A stretch of DNA of 24,000 bases. It comes from an uncultured Desulfobacter sp. (GTDB lineage: Bacteria > Desulfobacterota > Desulfobacteria > Desulfobacterales > Desulfobacteraceae). Below, piece by piece: positions 1-9,478 of this stretch (position 1 is the first letter of the stretch; every line of letters begins with the position of its first letter). Location: NCBI GenBank assembly GCA_963677125.1, contig OY781882.1, positions 5,490,518 through 5,514,517 of the forward strand, in the 5' to 3' direction. The position numbers were made by a program, and so were the translations under genes. Below the pieces are notes generated by a model. It saw only the letters and a list, made by a program, of their open reading frames with translations. It did not search any database and was not told where the DNA came from.

Positions 1-297
1 GCTTTTGTGTGAAAGCTCCCCAAGGGCAGTAAGAAAAATGACCGGTATCTCACGGGTGCGCTTTAACACTTTTAGCTGTTTACAGACCTGGTAGCCGTCT
101 ATACCCGGCATCATGATATCTAAAAGGATCAGGTCCGGCGGATCTTCAGCCGTCATTTCCAAGGCAGACTCTCCGTCTGTGGCGACTCTGATATCGTAGG
201 ATTCCCCTAAGATGTCCATCAGGAGGTCGATGTTTAATTTTGTATCATCCACTACCAGAATGACATCCTTTTCTTGCTTGTTTAAAAATTCAGTCAT
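1..297 (-). CDS. Response regulator receiver protein, 3'-truncated by the window edge (first 99 codons visible)
   Basis: Own reverse-complement translation from ATG 297-295 gives MTEFLNKQEKDVILVVDDTKLNIDLLMDILGESYDIRVATDGESALEMTAEDPPDLILLDIMMPGIDGYQVCKQLKVLKRTREIPVIFLTALGELSHKS. REC hallmarks are present: the VVDD acidic pair and the LLDIMMPGIDG phospho-acceptor Asp. It is a close paralog of the REC domain of the 5489..6601 regulator. The start overlaps the stop of the upstream kinase gene by 8 nt (ATGACTGA). It is absent from the ORF track because it is open at the edge. Confidence 0.85.
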   Translation of the reverse strand, partial: MTEFLNKQEKDVILVVDDTKLNIDLLMDILGESYDIRVATDGESALEMTAEDPPDLILLDIMMPGIDGYQVCKQLKVLKRTREIPVIFLTALGELSHKS

Positions 298-3200
298 TGA
301 ATTGCTCCAGTTCGGATATTAGGGCGGTTAGCAGTGCGCCTGCCTCTTTGAACTTGTATTTACCAACCATGGTATTTAATTCTTCAAGCCTGGCCCTGTA
401 TTGATCCGGCCAGGTATAGCCGTTTATTTTTTCAAGACCCTCTTTAACCGGTTTTGGTTTGTGTTTTGTGATATGAGGCACAAGGGGTTTAAGAAATTCT
501 AATAAGTGTTGGGATTCGCCTTTTTCTAATGATTCGGATGGGCTGTTTTGTTCCGCTGTCCGGGTCAGGGGGGCCAGGGTTTCTAAAATCGTTTCAAGTT
601 CTTTTTTAAACTTTTGGCGCAGGGGTATGATTTGATCCGGGCCTGAGTTCGACCTCAGGCCGCTTTCCAAGTTTGCTGCAGTTGTTTGAAGGGGTTTTGC
701 GCCAATGGTTCCGGCCAGGCCTTTAACCGTATGTACCAACCGGCCGGCTGTCTCTTGGTCCCGGTCCAGAATCGCTTTTTCAAGTGCTGCTGCAGTCTCT
801 TGGTTCTCTGCATGAAACTTTGCCAATAAATGGATGTAGCGTTTTTTGTTTTGGCCCATCCTGGCCAGTCCCTGGGCAATATCAATGCCTTTTAAGGGCG
901 GCAGATTCGGTTCATCGTTTTGTGTTGTTTCGGCATTGGTTGCGTTGATGACGCGTTTGCCGGGTGTTATCCATTTGACCAGGACCCTGAAAAGTTCAGA
1001 CGGATTGATGGGCTTGGTGACATAGTCGTTCATTCCGATCGCGAGAACCTCGTCTTTTACGCCGCTCATGGCGTCGGCGGTCATGGCAATGATGGGCGGC
1101 TGTCCCCTCTCAAGGTCAAGACTGCGAATATGCCGGGTGGCCATCCTGCCGTCCATTACCGGCATCTGCAGGTCCATGAGTACGGCATCAAATGTTTGGG
1201 CGGATACCATGTCCACCCCGATCTGCCCGTTATCAGCCACCTCAACAAAAAAACCCTCTTGTTCAAGCAGTTCCACCGCCAGCTCTTGATTTATTTCATT
1301 GTCCTCAACCAACAAAAGCCTGGCACCCAGGATGTTGTTAAAATTTTCAGGCCGCTCTTCCTCTGTTTTTTTTCTGCGGCTCACGGAGCCCGATTCCTGT
1401 TGCCCAAAGGCCATCATTACCGCATCCAATAGCATGGAAGGCGTTATCGGCTTTGAAAGCACCGTATCAATGCCCAATGTGGCGGCTTGCACCATGACCG
1501 CCTGTCGATCATGGCTCGTTACCATGATAATCGAAGGACTCTTTTTGAGCCCCATATCCTGAACAATATGTCCGGCTGTCTCAATACCGTCTATACCAGG
1601 CATCTGCCGGTCCAGGATTATTAAATCATATTGGCCGGATTGGTCCTGTTCCGCTTTTTCCAGTTTTTCTATGGCGGCGCGGCCTGACAATGCGGCCTGC
1701 ACATCAAAAGAGAATGCCTCCAGATAACTGGTTATGACCCGGCAAAAGGTTTGATTATCGTCCACCACCAGGGTTTTTAAACCATTTAAGCCCTGGGGGA
1801 TGCATTGCTTCTTCTTTTTTTTCTGTCCGGTTCTGCCGAATTTGGCTGTGAACCGGAATGTGGAGCCCTTGCCCGGTTCACTGGTCACCCCGATGGTGCC
1901 GCCCATCAATTCACAGAGTCTTTTACAGATGGAAAGGCCTAAACCGGAACCGCCGTATCGCCTTGTGGTGGTGGTGTCTGCCTGGTGAAAGGCTTGAAAC
2001 AGTTTAGCCTGCTGCTCCCGGCTCAGGCCGATGCCTGTATCTCGTACCTCAAATTTAAGCACGGCTTCATGGGGCAGGATGTCTATCCCAGAGATGGATA
2101 CCTCAATTTCTCCTTTTTCAGTGAATTTAATTGCATTGTTGGCCAGATTCAGCAGGATTTGACCCAGTCGCAAGGGATCGCCTATGAGAAAAATCGGCAC
2201 GGTTGTATCCATGTTGAATATCAATTCCAGCCCCTTTTCCCGGGTTTTTCCCGCGATCAGCCCGGACAGGTTGTCAAGCACGGCGTTCAGGTTAAAATCA
2301 ATTTTTTCAATCGTCAGTTTGCCTGCCTCAATTTTGGAAAAATCAAGAATATCATTGATGATACCCAGAAGATTTTGGGCGGAAAGATGCACTTTTTCAA
2401 TGTAATTGCGTTGTTTTGCATTTAACTGTGTTTTTAATGTCAGGTGCGTCATGCCAAGGATCGCATTCATGGGGGTTCGGATTTCATGACTCATGTTGGC
2501 AAGGAAATCCGACTTGGCCCGTGTAGCTTCTTCGGCCTTTTCCTTGGCATTTATGACTTCCAGCTCCGCTTTCTTACGTTCCGTGATATCCATAAGCCAG
2601 GCTAGAATCCTTTGCCCGCCGTTATGGTTGAGCCGCACAAAACTGAGCATGACATCCATTATTTCCCCTGTTGCGCTGTACATCTGAAGCTCTTCATTGA
2701 CAACGGGTTCATTTCTATTCAACCTGTTGACTAATTCGTCCCGCTTGTGGGGGATTACATAGAGATTTGCCGGGCGTTCTCCTTTTCTCACCCCAAACAT
2801 TTCCACAAATTGGGGATTGCAGAAATCAAGCACTCCGTGAGTTGAAGAGGCAACGCCCACCGGACTGTTATCCAGAATCAGGCGAAGGTTTTTTTCTGAT
2901 GTTTTCAGGGCTTCTTCTGCGGCCTTTCGTTCAGAGATGTCCCTGATGGATGCCACCACCAAAATACCGGACCTGCTTTGTATGGGGCTTACGCTGATTT
3001 CCACGGGAATCAGAGCGCCTGTTTTGGCACGAATGGTTTGCTCCATACTGAATCTAACGGGTTTTGGGGGCGCAGTCTGATCAAGCAGTTTGGCTTTGAC
3101 CTCCTTCATGCAGGCGTGTGCTTGTTCCGGAAACAGTATATCCACCGTGGCACCCAAAAGTTCAGCTCTTTCATATCCAAACAACAGTTCTGTTTGGGAG

Positions 3201-5431
3201 TTGACCAGGATGATATCACTTTCTTCATCACAGGCCATCATTGCGTCAGGTGCCGATTCCAGCAGTGCTGAAAACAGTTCCTGGTTTTCTTTAAGTTCCA
3301 GGGTGCGCTCCGCCACCTTTTCTTCAAGGTCCGCTTTTGCCGCTTCAAGGGTTTTTCGGGTACGGTCGCCCAGGCTGAGGACCAGAAGAACGCAAAACAC
3401 GGAGAGGACCAGGGTCAGGCCGAGAATGATAAAAACGGCCGTTCGGATTTGATGGAATCCTGCCATGGCCTCTTCAATGTCTATCTCTGCTGCAAGGCCC
3501 AGGTCAAGGTCCGGATTCCAGAGCCAGACCCCGAAGACCGGAACGCCTCTGTAATCCCGGTAGCCTTGCATATTTTCTTCCATTGAAGAGGCTCCGTGCG
3601 TAATCTGTTTATCCGCCAGCCGACGCCGGAGCGCAAGGGCCTGTTTGGCCAAATGGGTCAAGGGCTGTTCCGATCGAGGTGTCTCTGTCTGAAACCCTTG
3701 GGTCAAATTCCCGCCCGGATCTCTAAGGTCAAGGGTCAACGCGCTTGATTCATACGATTTTAAAAGGCCTATCTCTTTAAGCTGAGCGTCGAACCGGCTT
3801 GGGGTGACCATTCTGCCGGTTTGGTCAAAGGCATAAATATCATCGGTTACCCATCGCCCAAAAGATCTCGTTAATTGTGTCAGATCTTTCAGGGGGGCGA
3901 TCGTAAGTGCGATAACCGCAATGATCTCGTCGTCGGGTCCTGCAACAGGACTGACCACCACCATGTCGGATTTTATTTTTGAATTGCTGCTGCCAATAGG
4001 GGGAATCATTGGGGGTATGAAAAGTGTTTCCCCCATAAATGCTCTTTTCAAGCGGCCCGGATACTGCAGTGATACCGGATGTCGTATGCCGATAGTTGAA
4101 TTGTCTGCGGCACCGATCACGAAATGATCCGGACTAATAATGCAAAAATCGGTATAGGAAAAGTCGGTGCCGTGGGTGGCAAAAAAAGTTCTGGCATCTT
4201 CCTGGGCTGCGGATGCCGTTGTTTGTTTTTCGGTGTAATAGTCATAAAGCAGCCGGCGGGTGATGCCGATAAGGGATGGCTTTTTAACTAGATGGTTTAT
4301 GGAGGCCTTTCGATCCATGATCCACATATCTGCTCTGTCTTGGGTTAACTCCAGCATCAGTCGCAGATGGGAGGTCATGTCCCTGATTGTGGAATCCCGG
4401 GTTTTTTCCATCATCAGCCATCCTAAACTCGATATGGTCAGCACAAAAAGGCATAGTCCTGCAACAACCAGCAGGCGAAACCGGGGAGTGCCGAACAGAA
4501 CCGCTACCCGCTCCTGGCCCATTCCTTTGGAAAGGATCAGGAGGATGACAAGGATGACGGCCGAAAAAACAGCGCTTAGTATGCCTATGGTTTTCGGCGT
4601 GATCGTTACAGGCGTTCGGTTCGAGTGGTCCGGTTCATCGGATAAGTTGACGTAATGATTTATGATTGATTGTTTCTGGGTTTCCGGTATGAGGTTTAAT
4701 GCCTTTTCAAGGATGCTCGCAAGTTCGGGCCGGTCCTTGGGCGCACCGATGGCGAGTATGGAACCTGGCCTGTTCAGTCTGCCATGGAACTTCAGGCTCC
4801 CCATGACCTCCTTTCCCATGATATAGGCTGCAACCGTCCGGTTGCCTACGTAAGCATCCGCTTCCGCCCTGGCTACTGCATCCAGAGCCAAAGCCGTATC
4901 GGGGTAAGTCTTTATTTTTATATCTGGATATTTTTGCTTGAAATAGGAGACGCTGTAAAAACCTTTTTCCAGGGCCAGGGTTTTTTGGGCCAGGTCTTTT
5001 TCCGATTCATAATAGGTCCCTTTTTTGGGGCCGACGATAACATGAGGGATGTTGAGATAAGGACTTGTGAAATTTAAGAATTTTTTTCTGTCCGGCCTGG
5101 GGGTGATGTCCATGATGGCATCCAGTTCCCCGTTCCTGACTTTCTGCAGATTTTCGGCAAAAGGCCCCGGCACCACCATCAGCCGACCGCCCAAAGAGTG
5201 ATTCATTGCCTTGATATAGTCAATACCGATACCGGCCGGGGTGCCTGTGCTGTCGATGAAATCCATGGGCGGCCATGCATCCATGACGCCGATTGTGATT
5301 CGGGGATGTGCCGTAAGCCATTTTACTTCTTTGCCCGTAAGGTTTTGCAACGGTTTTGCCACGCTTTGCAACGGGAGTGTAAAAAGTATGAGTATGACTA
5401 AGCAGACGATATGTTTTTTTATCTTTCTCAT
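290..5431 (-). CDS. Hybrid sensor histidine kinase (1713 aa): periplasmic solute-binding-like domain + Cache-like domain + 2 PAS + HisKA/HATPase + 2 REC + Hpt
   Basis: Domain order along the protein:
- Signal/anchor MRKIKKHIVCLVILILFTLPLQSVA.
- Family-3 solute-binding-protein-like domain, aa ~36-262.
- TM pair, aa ~282-302 and ~318-340.
- Second periplasmic Cache-like domain, aa ~341-662, ending LGLAAEIDIEEAMAGF.
- TM3, aa ~664-687.
- Two PAS domains, aa ~715-955.
- H-box SHEIRTPMN (His982, nt 2486-2488).
- HATPase boxes NLANNAIKF, DTGIG, GGSGLGLSI.
- REC1 (LILDRQMPGIDG, Asp1274) and REC2 (VLMDLQMPVMDG, Asp1420).
- Hpt HTVKG (His1567).
An AGGGAA SD lies about 8 nt upstream of ATG 5431. Confidence 0.95.
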   Translation of the reverse strand: MRKIKKHIVCLVILILFTLPLQSVAKPLQNLTGKEVKWLTAHPRITIGVMDAWPPMDFIDSTGTPAGIGIDYIKAMNHSLGGRLMVVPGPFAENLQKVRNGELDAIMDITPRPDRKKFLNFTSPYLNIPHVIVGPKKGTYYESEKDLAQKTLALEKGFYSVSYFKQKYPDIKIKTYPDTALALDAVARAEADAYVGNRTVAAYIMGKEVMGSLKFHGRLNRPGSILAIGAPKDRPELASILEKALNLIPETQKQSIINHYVNLSDEPDHSNRTPVTITPKTIGILSAVFSAVILVILLILSKGMGQERVAVLFGTPRFRLLVVAGLCLFVLTISSLGWLMMEKTRDSTIRDMTSHLRLMLELTQDRADMWIMDRKASINHLVKKPSLIGITRRLLYDYYTEKQTTASAAQEDARTFFATHGTDFSYTDFCIISPDHFVIGAADNSTIGIRHPVSLQYPGRLKRAFMGETLFIPPMIPPIGSSNSKIKSDMVVVSPVAGPDDEIIAVIALTIAPLKDLTQLTRSFGRWVTDDIYAFDQTGRMVTPSRFDAQLKEIGLLKSYESSALTLDLRDPGGNLTQGFQTETPRSEQPLTHLAKQALALRRRLADKQITHGASSMEENMQGYRDYRGVPVFGVWLWNPDLDLGLAAEIDIEEAMAGFHQIRTAVFIILGLTLVLSVFCVLLVLSLGDRTRKTLEAAKADLEEKVAERTLELKENQELFSALLESAPDAMMACDEESDIILVNSQTELLFGYERAELLGATVDILFPEQAHACMKEVKAKLLDQTAPPKPVRFSMEQTIRAKTGALIPVEISVSPIQSRSGILVVASIRDISERKAAEEALKTSEKNLRLILDNSPVGVASSTHGVLDFCNPQFVEMFGVRKGERPANLYVIPHKRDELVNRLNRNEPVVNEELQMYSATGEIMDVMLSFVRLNHNGGQRILAWLMDITERKKAELEVINAKEKAEEATRAKSDFLANMSHEIRTPMNAILGMTHLTLKTQLNAKQRNYIEKVHLSAQNLLGIINDILDFSKIEAGKLTIEKIDFNLNAVLDNLSGLIAGKTREKGLELIFNMDTTVPIFLIGDPLRLGQILLNLANNAIKFTEKGEIEVSISGIDILPHEAVLKFEVRDTGIGLSREQQAKLFQAFHQADTTTTRRYGGSGLGLSICKRLCELMGGTIGVTSEPGKGSTFRFTAKFGRTGQKKKKKQCIPQGLNGLKTLVVDDNQTFCRVITSYLEAFSFDVQAALSGRAAIEKLEKAEQDQSGQYDLIILDRQMPGIDGIETAGHIVQDMGLKKSPSIIMVTSHDRQAVMVQAATLGIDTVLSKPITPSMLLDAVMMAFGQQESGSVSRRKKTEEERPENFNNILGARLLLVEDNEINQELAVELLEQEGFFVEVADNGQIGVDMVSAQTFDAVLMDLQMPVMDGRMATRHIRSLDLERGQPPIIAMTADAMSGVKDEVLAIGMNDYVTKPINPSELFRVLVKWITPGKRVINATNAETTQNDEPNLPPLKGIDIAQGLARMGQNKKRYIHLLAKFHAENQETAAALEKAILDRDQETAGRLVHTVKGLAGTIGAKPLQTTAANLESGLRSNSGPDQIIPLRQKFKKELETILETLAPLTRTAEQNSPSESLEKGESQHLLEFLKPLVPHITKHKPKPVKEGLEKINGYTWPDQYRARLEELNTMVGKYKFKEAGALLTALISELEQFND

Positions 5432-5488
5432 TACAGATTCCCTAAGGGCATTGGCGTGTAATTTTAACTATGGGTTGATCTGGGGTAT

Positions 5489-6601
5489 TTATTCATTTTC
5501 GGTTGTTTTTTCTCCGGTAAGCGCCTGTTTTTCCTCTTGGGAATCGGCCAGTGAAGAGGCGATTTGTAAAAATTCGTCTTCAATCGTTGAAAGCATTTCC
5601 ACCATTACCGGGTCAAAATGGGTACCACTTTCTTTAGTTATAATATCCATGGCTTTGGCATGGCTGAAGGGCGGTTTATAGACCCGTTTGGAAATCAGGG
5701 CATCGTAGACATCCGCAATGGCCATCAGTCGTCCGGAAACAGGAATATCTTCCCCCCTAAGGCCGTTGGGGTAACCTGAACCGTCCCATTTTTCATGGTG
5801 GGTGTAGGCGATTCTTCGGGCATACTGCATAAATGAGTTATTTCCCAGTTTTTCTTCTGCAATTTTAAGGGCATCTCTGCCGTATATGGTATGGTTTTTC
5901 ATCTCTTCAAACTCTTCATCGGTAAGTTTACCGGGCTTGAGAAGGATGCTGTCGGCCACCCCGACTTTGCCGATATCATGGAGTGGCGCTGATTTGTAGA
6001 GCAGGTCAATCACCTCGTCGGTCAATATTTGTTCGAACGTCGGCACTGTTTTGAGCCGGCGGGCAAGAGCGCGAACGTACCGCTGGGTTCTCAGGATATG
6101 CCCCCCGGTTTCAGGGTCCCGGGTCTCGGCCAGACTGGCCAGGCTATATATGGTGACTTCCTGGGTCAGTGCCAGTTCCTTTGTTCTCAACGCCACCAGT
6201 TCCTGGAGATGGTCCTGGTGTTTTTTCAGTTCCAACTGGTTTGATACCCGGGCTTTGACCAGTTCGGGCGAAAAGGGTTTGGTCACGTAATCCACTGCCC
6301 CGAGTGCCAGTCCTTTGGCTTCGTTTTGTTCGTCTGCCATGGCCGTTAAAAAGATGACCGGGATATCGTGGGTCAACGGGTCATCTTTTAGACGCCGGCA
6401 CACCTCATAGCCGTCCATGCCGGGCATCATGATGTCAAGCAGAATAATATCGGGCTTTTCTTCTGCCACGTTTTCCAGTGCGGATTCTCCGTCCAGGGCC
6501 ACCTGGATGTCGTAGGTGTCCCCCAATGTTTCCATCAATATATCGATATTGGTCTCGGTATCATCCACAATTAAAATGGTCGATTGTTCGTTTTCTTCCA
6601 T
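5489..6601 (-). CDS. Response regulator with HD-GYP output domain (RpfG-type c-di-GMP phosphodiesterase family)
   Basis: 370-aa ORF. The REC domain shows ILIVDD, LLDIMMPGMDG and TKPF. A coiled linker follows, then an HD-GYP domain with HDIGKVGV and HHEKWDGSGYPNGL. An AGGAGAA SD sits directly upstream of ATG 6601. There is a 27-nt gap to the upstream kinase gene. Confidence 0.95.
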   Translation of the reverse strand: MEENEQSTILIVDDTETNIDILMETLGDTYDIQVALDGESALENVAEEKPDIILLDIMMPGMDGYEVCRRLKDDPLTHDIPVIFLTAMADEQNEAKGLALGAVDYVTKPFSPELVKARVSNQLELKKHQDHLQELVALRTKELALTQEVTIYSLASLAETRDPETGGHILRTQRYVRALARRLKTVPTFEQILTDEVIDLLYKSAPLHDIGKVGVADSILLKPGKLTDEEFEEMKNHTIYGRDALKIAEEKLGNNSFMQYARRIAYTHHEKWDGSGYPNGLRGEDIPVSGRLMAIADVYDALISKRVYKPPFSHAKAMDIITKESGTHFDPVMVEMLSTIEDEFLQIASSLADSQEEKQALTGEKTTENE

Positions 6602-6628
6602 TGTGTTTCTCCTGGTTCTCGTATCTTT

Positions 6629-9478
6629 TTAGGTGTTTTTTTCTTGATGTGTTTGAAGCTTTTCGTGAACAGCCTCGGCAATGGGCAAAATTTCTTTAAA
6701 TTTATAGCGGCCGGCAAGTTTGTTGATTTTTTGAAGATCATTTAAAAACGCTTTTGGCCATCCCAGCGTATTGATTTTAGCTACATTGAGTTTTATCTGT
6801 TTGGCCTGACGTTTTTTCAGAAAAGGGATCAGCCGTTCAATGCATTGAATCAGTTCCGTGGTATCCGCGATTTTGGATGGAATGCTCAACGGTGTTTCCT
6901 CTTGCTTCAGTACGGCGAGCCCCTCCTGAACGATGGCCATTTCCTGAGCAAACCGTGCCATCTCTTTTTTATCCGGCAGTTCCTGGTTTGGGTTGGATTT
7001 CAGTTTAGCCTCAACAACCTGTGCTGCTGCCTGAAGTTTTTTCGCCCCCAGATTTCCGGCAACACCCTTGATGGAGTGCGCCAGGCGCCGGGCGTCTTCA
7101 AAGGCATTTTCTTTTATCAATGAATCGAGCTGTTCTGCCGCATCTGCATAATCTCTTTTAACTTTCAGCAGTAAGTGTTTGTATAATTTTTTATTGTTGT
7201 TGATTCGGTCTAACCCCTGGACCATATCAATGCCCGGCAGCGATTCCGGCAATCCATCAAAGGTCTGTTCATCCTTTTGGACTTCGGATTGGGCTTCTGA
7301 TTGTTCTGGGGCCGGAACAGGCAGGGGGACGTCTCTTTTTGCAGGCTTTATCCATTGGACCAATGCCTTGAACAACTCCTGCGGATTGATGGGTTTGGTG
7401 ACATGTTCCTGCATGCCGACTTTAAGGCTTTTTTCCCGGTCTCCGGACATGGCATGGGCGGTCATGGCAATAATGGGAAGGGTTTGGGCCGTTTTTACCT
7501 CTCTGATCTTTTTTGTCGCCTCCATGCCGCCCATCACCGGCATTTGGATGTCCATTAAAACCAGGTCATAATTTTTTTCAAGGGCTGCATGAACCCCCTC
7601 TTTCCCATTGTCGGCAACGTCCACAATCAAGCCCGCCCCCTGTAGAATTTCCACCGCAACCTCCTGGTTGATCTCATTGTCTTCCACCAGAAGAATCCGC
7701 GCGCCACGGATTTGTTCAATTTTCCGGTGATAGGGCTGCTGGTCACGGCGTGATTTGATTTGAATCCTTCGGCCAAAGGCGACCATGATGGCATCAAACA
7801 GCTCAGACTGAGTAACAGGTTTGACAATGATGCCGTCTAACCCCACTCCCTTTGACTGCTCTCCCGCTTCAGTGCGGTCATAGGCTGTTGCCATAATGAT
7901 TTTGGGTTTTGGTTCAAGATTGGGTAATGCCATGATTGCCCGAGTGGTCTCCACGCCGTCCATGCCCGGCATCTGCCAGTCAATGAGCATCATTTGAAAC
8001 GGATCTGTCTTTGAATCGCGTTGAATCAGATCAATGGCGTCGGCGCCAGTGGATAGGCTGACCGTCCTGAATCCCATGGCCCCCAGATATGATTCGAATA
8101 TTTCCCGGGCTGTGGCATTGTCATCCACCACCAATACCCGCATTTGGTGCAGTTGATCATCGGTTTCAACCTGTTTGAACGTCATGTTGTTGTCCGAAAT
8201 GCCGAATCGTGCCGTAAAAAAGAACGTTGATCCTTTTCCGCATTCAGAAGAGACGCCGATGTTCCCTCCCATCATTTCAGCCAAGCGTTTTGAAATGGTC
8301 AGCCCCAGGCCTGTTCCGCCATACTTGCGGGTGGTGGATGTGTCCGCCTGGGAAAATGCCTGGAATAAATTGCTTTGCTGCTCTTTTGTCATGCCGATGC
8401 CGGTGTCTTTAACGGAGAACTTGAGCAGGACACTCTGTTCATACCGTTTGGCAATGCGACATGTCATGAGCACTTCCCCTTTTTCCGTGAATTTGGCGGC
8501 ATTGCCGGCCAGATTCACCAGAATCTGTTTCAGGCGCAAGGGATCGCCTGTCAACATCTTGGGCAAATTCGGGGCAATTCGTACAAGCAGTTCCAATCCC
8601 TTTTCCGATGTTTTGACCGCTGCCAGATCCGAGGCTTGTGACATGACCGAATCAATTGAAAAATCCACTGACTCCATATCCAGTTTACCCGCTTCGATTT
8701 TGGAAAAATCCAGAATATCATTGATTAATCCCAAAAGGGCATTGGCGGCCCCGTCGATTTTGTTCAAATAATCGGTCTGTTTGGGGGTCAATTCAGTTTT
8801 AAGCGCCAGGTGGGTCATACCGATGATGGCGTTCATGGGTGTTCTGATTTCATGGCTCATGTTGGCCAGAAAATCACTTTTGGCCTGGGTGGCGGATTCC
8901 GCCTGTTTTTTGGCTTCATCAAGATCGTCCATGATGTTGAGCATGGCGCGTTTGGCCCTGGCCAGCTCCGCCACCTGATTTTTAAGTTCCAGGGTCGCCA
9001 TTTTTGTTTTTTGCTGGGCTTCTTTGAGTTCCTGATTTTTTTTTAACAAGTCATGGAGCAGCTCTTCTTTTAGGGGCGCTCCCAGCATCTCCCGGGTCTT
9101 TTCAATCAGGGATTGCGACAGAGAAAAGTCCGGATCCGGCAGTTTTTTTTCGCCGGTAAAGCATGTCTGGTCTCCATTGATCCCGGATACATCGCTATGG
9201 CTGAAATAGCTTGCGGCCAACGTTTTTTTGACGTGATCAAACGGTTCGATTCTGACGTGTATGGCATGCCCGTATTCCTGACGTTCCAATAAGATTTCGG
9301 CCTGTGTTTTTTTATCTTTGTGCTCATCTTCCCACGAGATCAACTCCGTGAAAATCGTTGCGAATTTAGCAGCCTGAATGTCATCGAATCCAAACCAGGT
9401 TGACATTTCGAAAAGTTTTAACCCGGTTTCTTTCAACCCTGATTTTGTACCCAATGAGAATTTTCCAAGTTCGATCAT
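6629..9478 (-). CDS. Hybrid histidine kinase (949 aa from preferred start): uncharacterised N-terminal domain + coiled coil + HisKA/HATPase + 2 REC + Hpt
   Basis: The ORF track gives 6629..9502. I prefer Met9 (ATG 9478-9476) because it forms an ATGA overlap with the stop (9477-9475) of the upstream phosphatase gene. Motifs seen:
- H-box SHEIRTPMN (His at nt 8852-8854).
- HATPase boxes [23 protein letters not shown].
- REC1 [11 protein letters not shown] and REC2 [11 protein letters not shown].
- Hpt [12 protein letters not shown].
No TM segment is visible, so the protein is predicted cytoplasmic. Confidence 0.9.
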   Translation of the reverse strand: MIELGKFSLGTKSGLKETGLKLFEMSTWFGFDDIQAAKFATIFTELISWEDEHKDKKTQAEILLERQEYGHAIHVRIEPFDHVKKTLAASYFSHSDVSGINGDQTCFTGEKKLPDPDFSLSQSLIEKTREMLGAPLKEELLHDLLKKNQELKEAQQKTKMATLELKNQVAELARAKRAMLNIMDDLDEAKKQAESATQAKSDFLANMSHEIRTPMNAIIGMTHLALKTELTPKQTDYLNKIDGAANALLGLINDILDFSKIEAGKLDMESVDFSIDSVMSQASDLAAVKTSEKGLELLVRIAPNLPKMLTGDPLRLKQILVNLAGNAAKFTEKGEVLMTCRIAKRYEQSVLLKFSVKDTGIGMTKEQQSNLFQAFSQADTSTTRKYGGTGLGLTISKRLAEMMGGNIGVSSECGKGSTFFFTARFGISDNNMTFKQVETDDQLHQMRVLVVDDNATAREIFESYLGAMGFRTVSLSTGADAIDLIQRDSKTDPFQMMLIDWQMPGMDGVETTRAIMALPNLEPKPKIIMATAYDRTEAGEQSKGVGLDGIIVKPVTQSELFDAIMVAFGRRIQIKSRRDQQPYHRKIEQIRGARILLVEDNEINQEVAVEILQGAGLIVDVADNGKEGVHAALEKNYDLVLMDIQMPVMGGMEATKKIREVKTAQTLPIIAMTAHAMSGDREKSLKVGMQEHVTKPINPQELFKALVQWIKPAKRDVPLPVPAPEQSEAQSEVQKDEQTFDGLPESLPGIDMVQGLDRINNNKKLYKHLLLKVKRDYADAAEQLDSLIKENAFEDARRLAHSIKGVAGNLGAKKLQAAAQVVEAKLKSNPNQELPDKKEMARFAQEMAIVQEGLAVLKQEETPLSIPSKIADTTELIQCIERLIPFLKKRQAKQIKLNVAKINTLGWPKAFLNDLQKINKLAGRYKFKEILPIAEAVHEKLQTHQEKNT

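Noticed and set aside
1808-1822. A T8 homopolymer / (CTT)3(TTT)2 tract within the kinase gene.
   Set aside because: It encodes the in-frame KKKKK linker between the HATPase and REC1 domains. There is no sign of a frameshift, so phase variation is not supported.
2469-2520. A nucleotide-level repeat between 2469-2520 and 8835-8886 (ATGGGKGTTCKGATTTCATGRCTCATGTTGGC...).
   Set aside because: It is not a mobile or regulatory repeat. It is the conserved H-box ([10 protein letters not shown]) coding sequence of two paralogous kinases.
920-4655. Numerous plus-strand ORFs of 60-170 aa inside the 1713-aa kinase gene (e.g. 920..1432, 1985..2425, 3090..3452, 4260..4655).
   Set aside because: They are antisense shadows of a gene with unambiguous domain content. 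Their translations are low-complexity or Cys/His/Arg-rich with no motifs, and they have no SD sequences.
6845-9046. Plus-strand ORFs inside the 949-aa kinase gene (e.g. 7179..7571, 8175..8771), plus the minus-strand out-of-frame ORFs 7627..7827 and 9106..9327.
   Set aside because: The reasoning is the same: they lie opposite to, or out of frame with, a strongly supported CDS and have no recognisable features.
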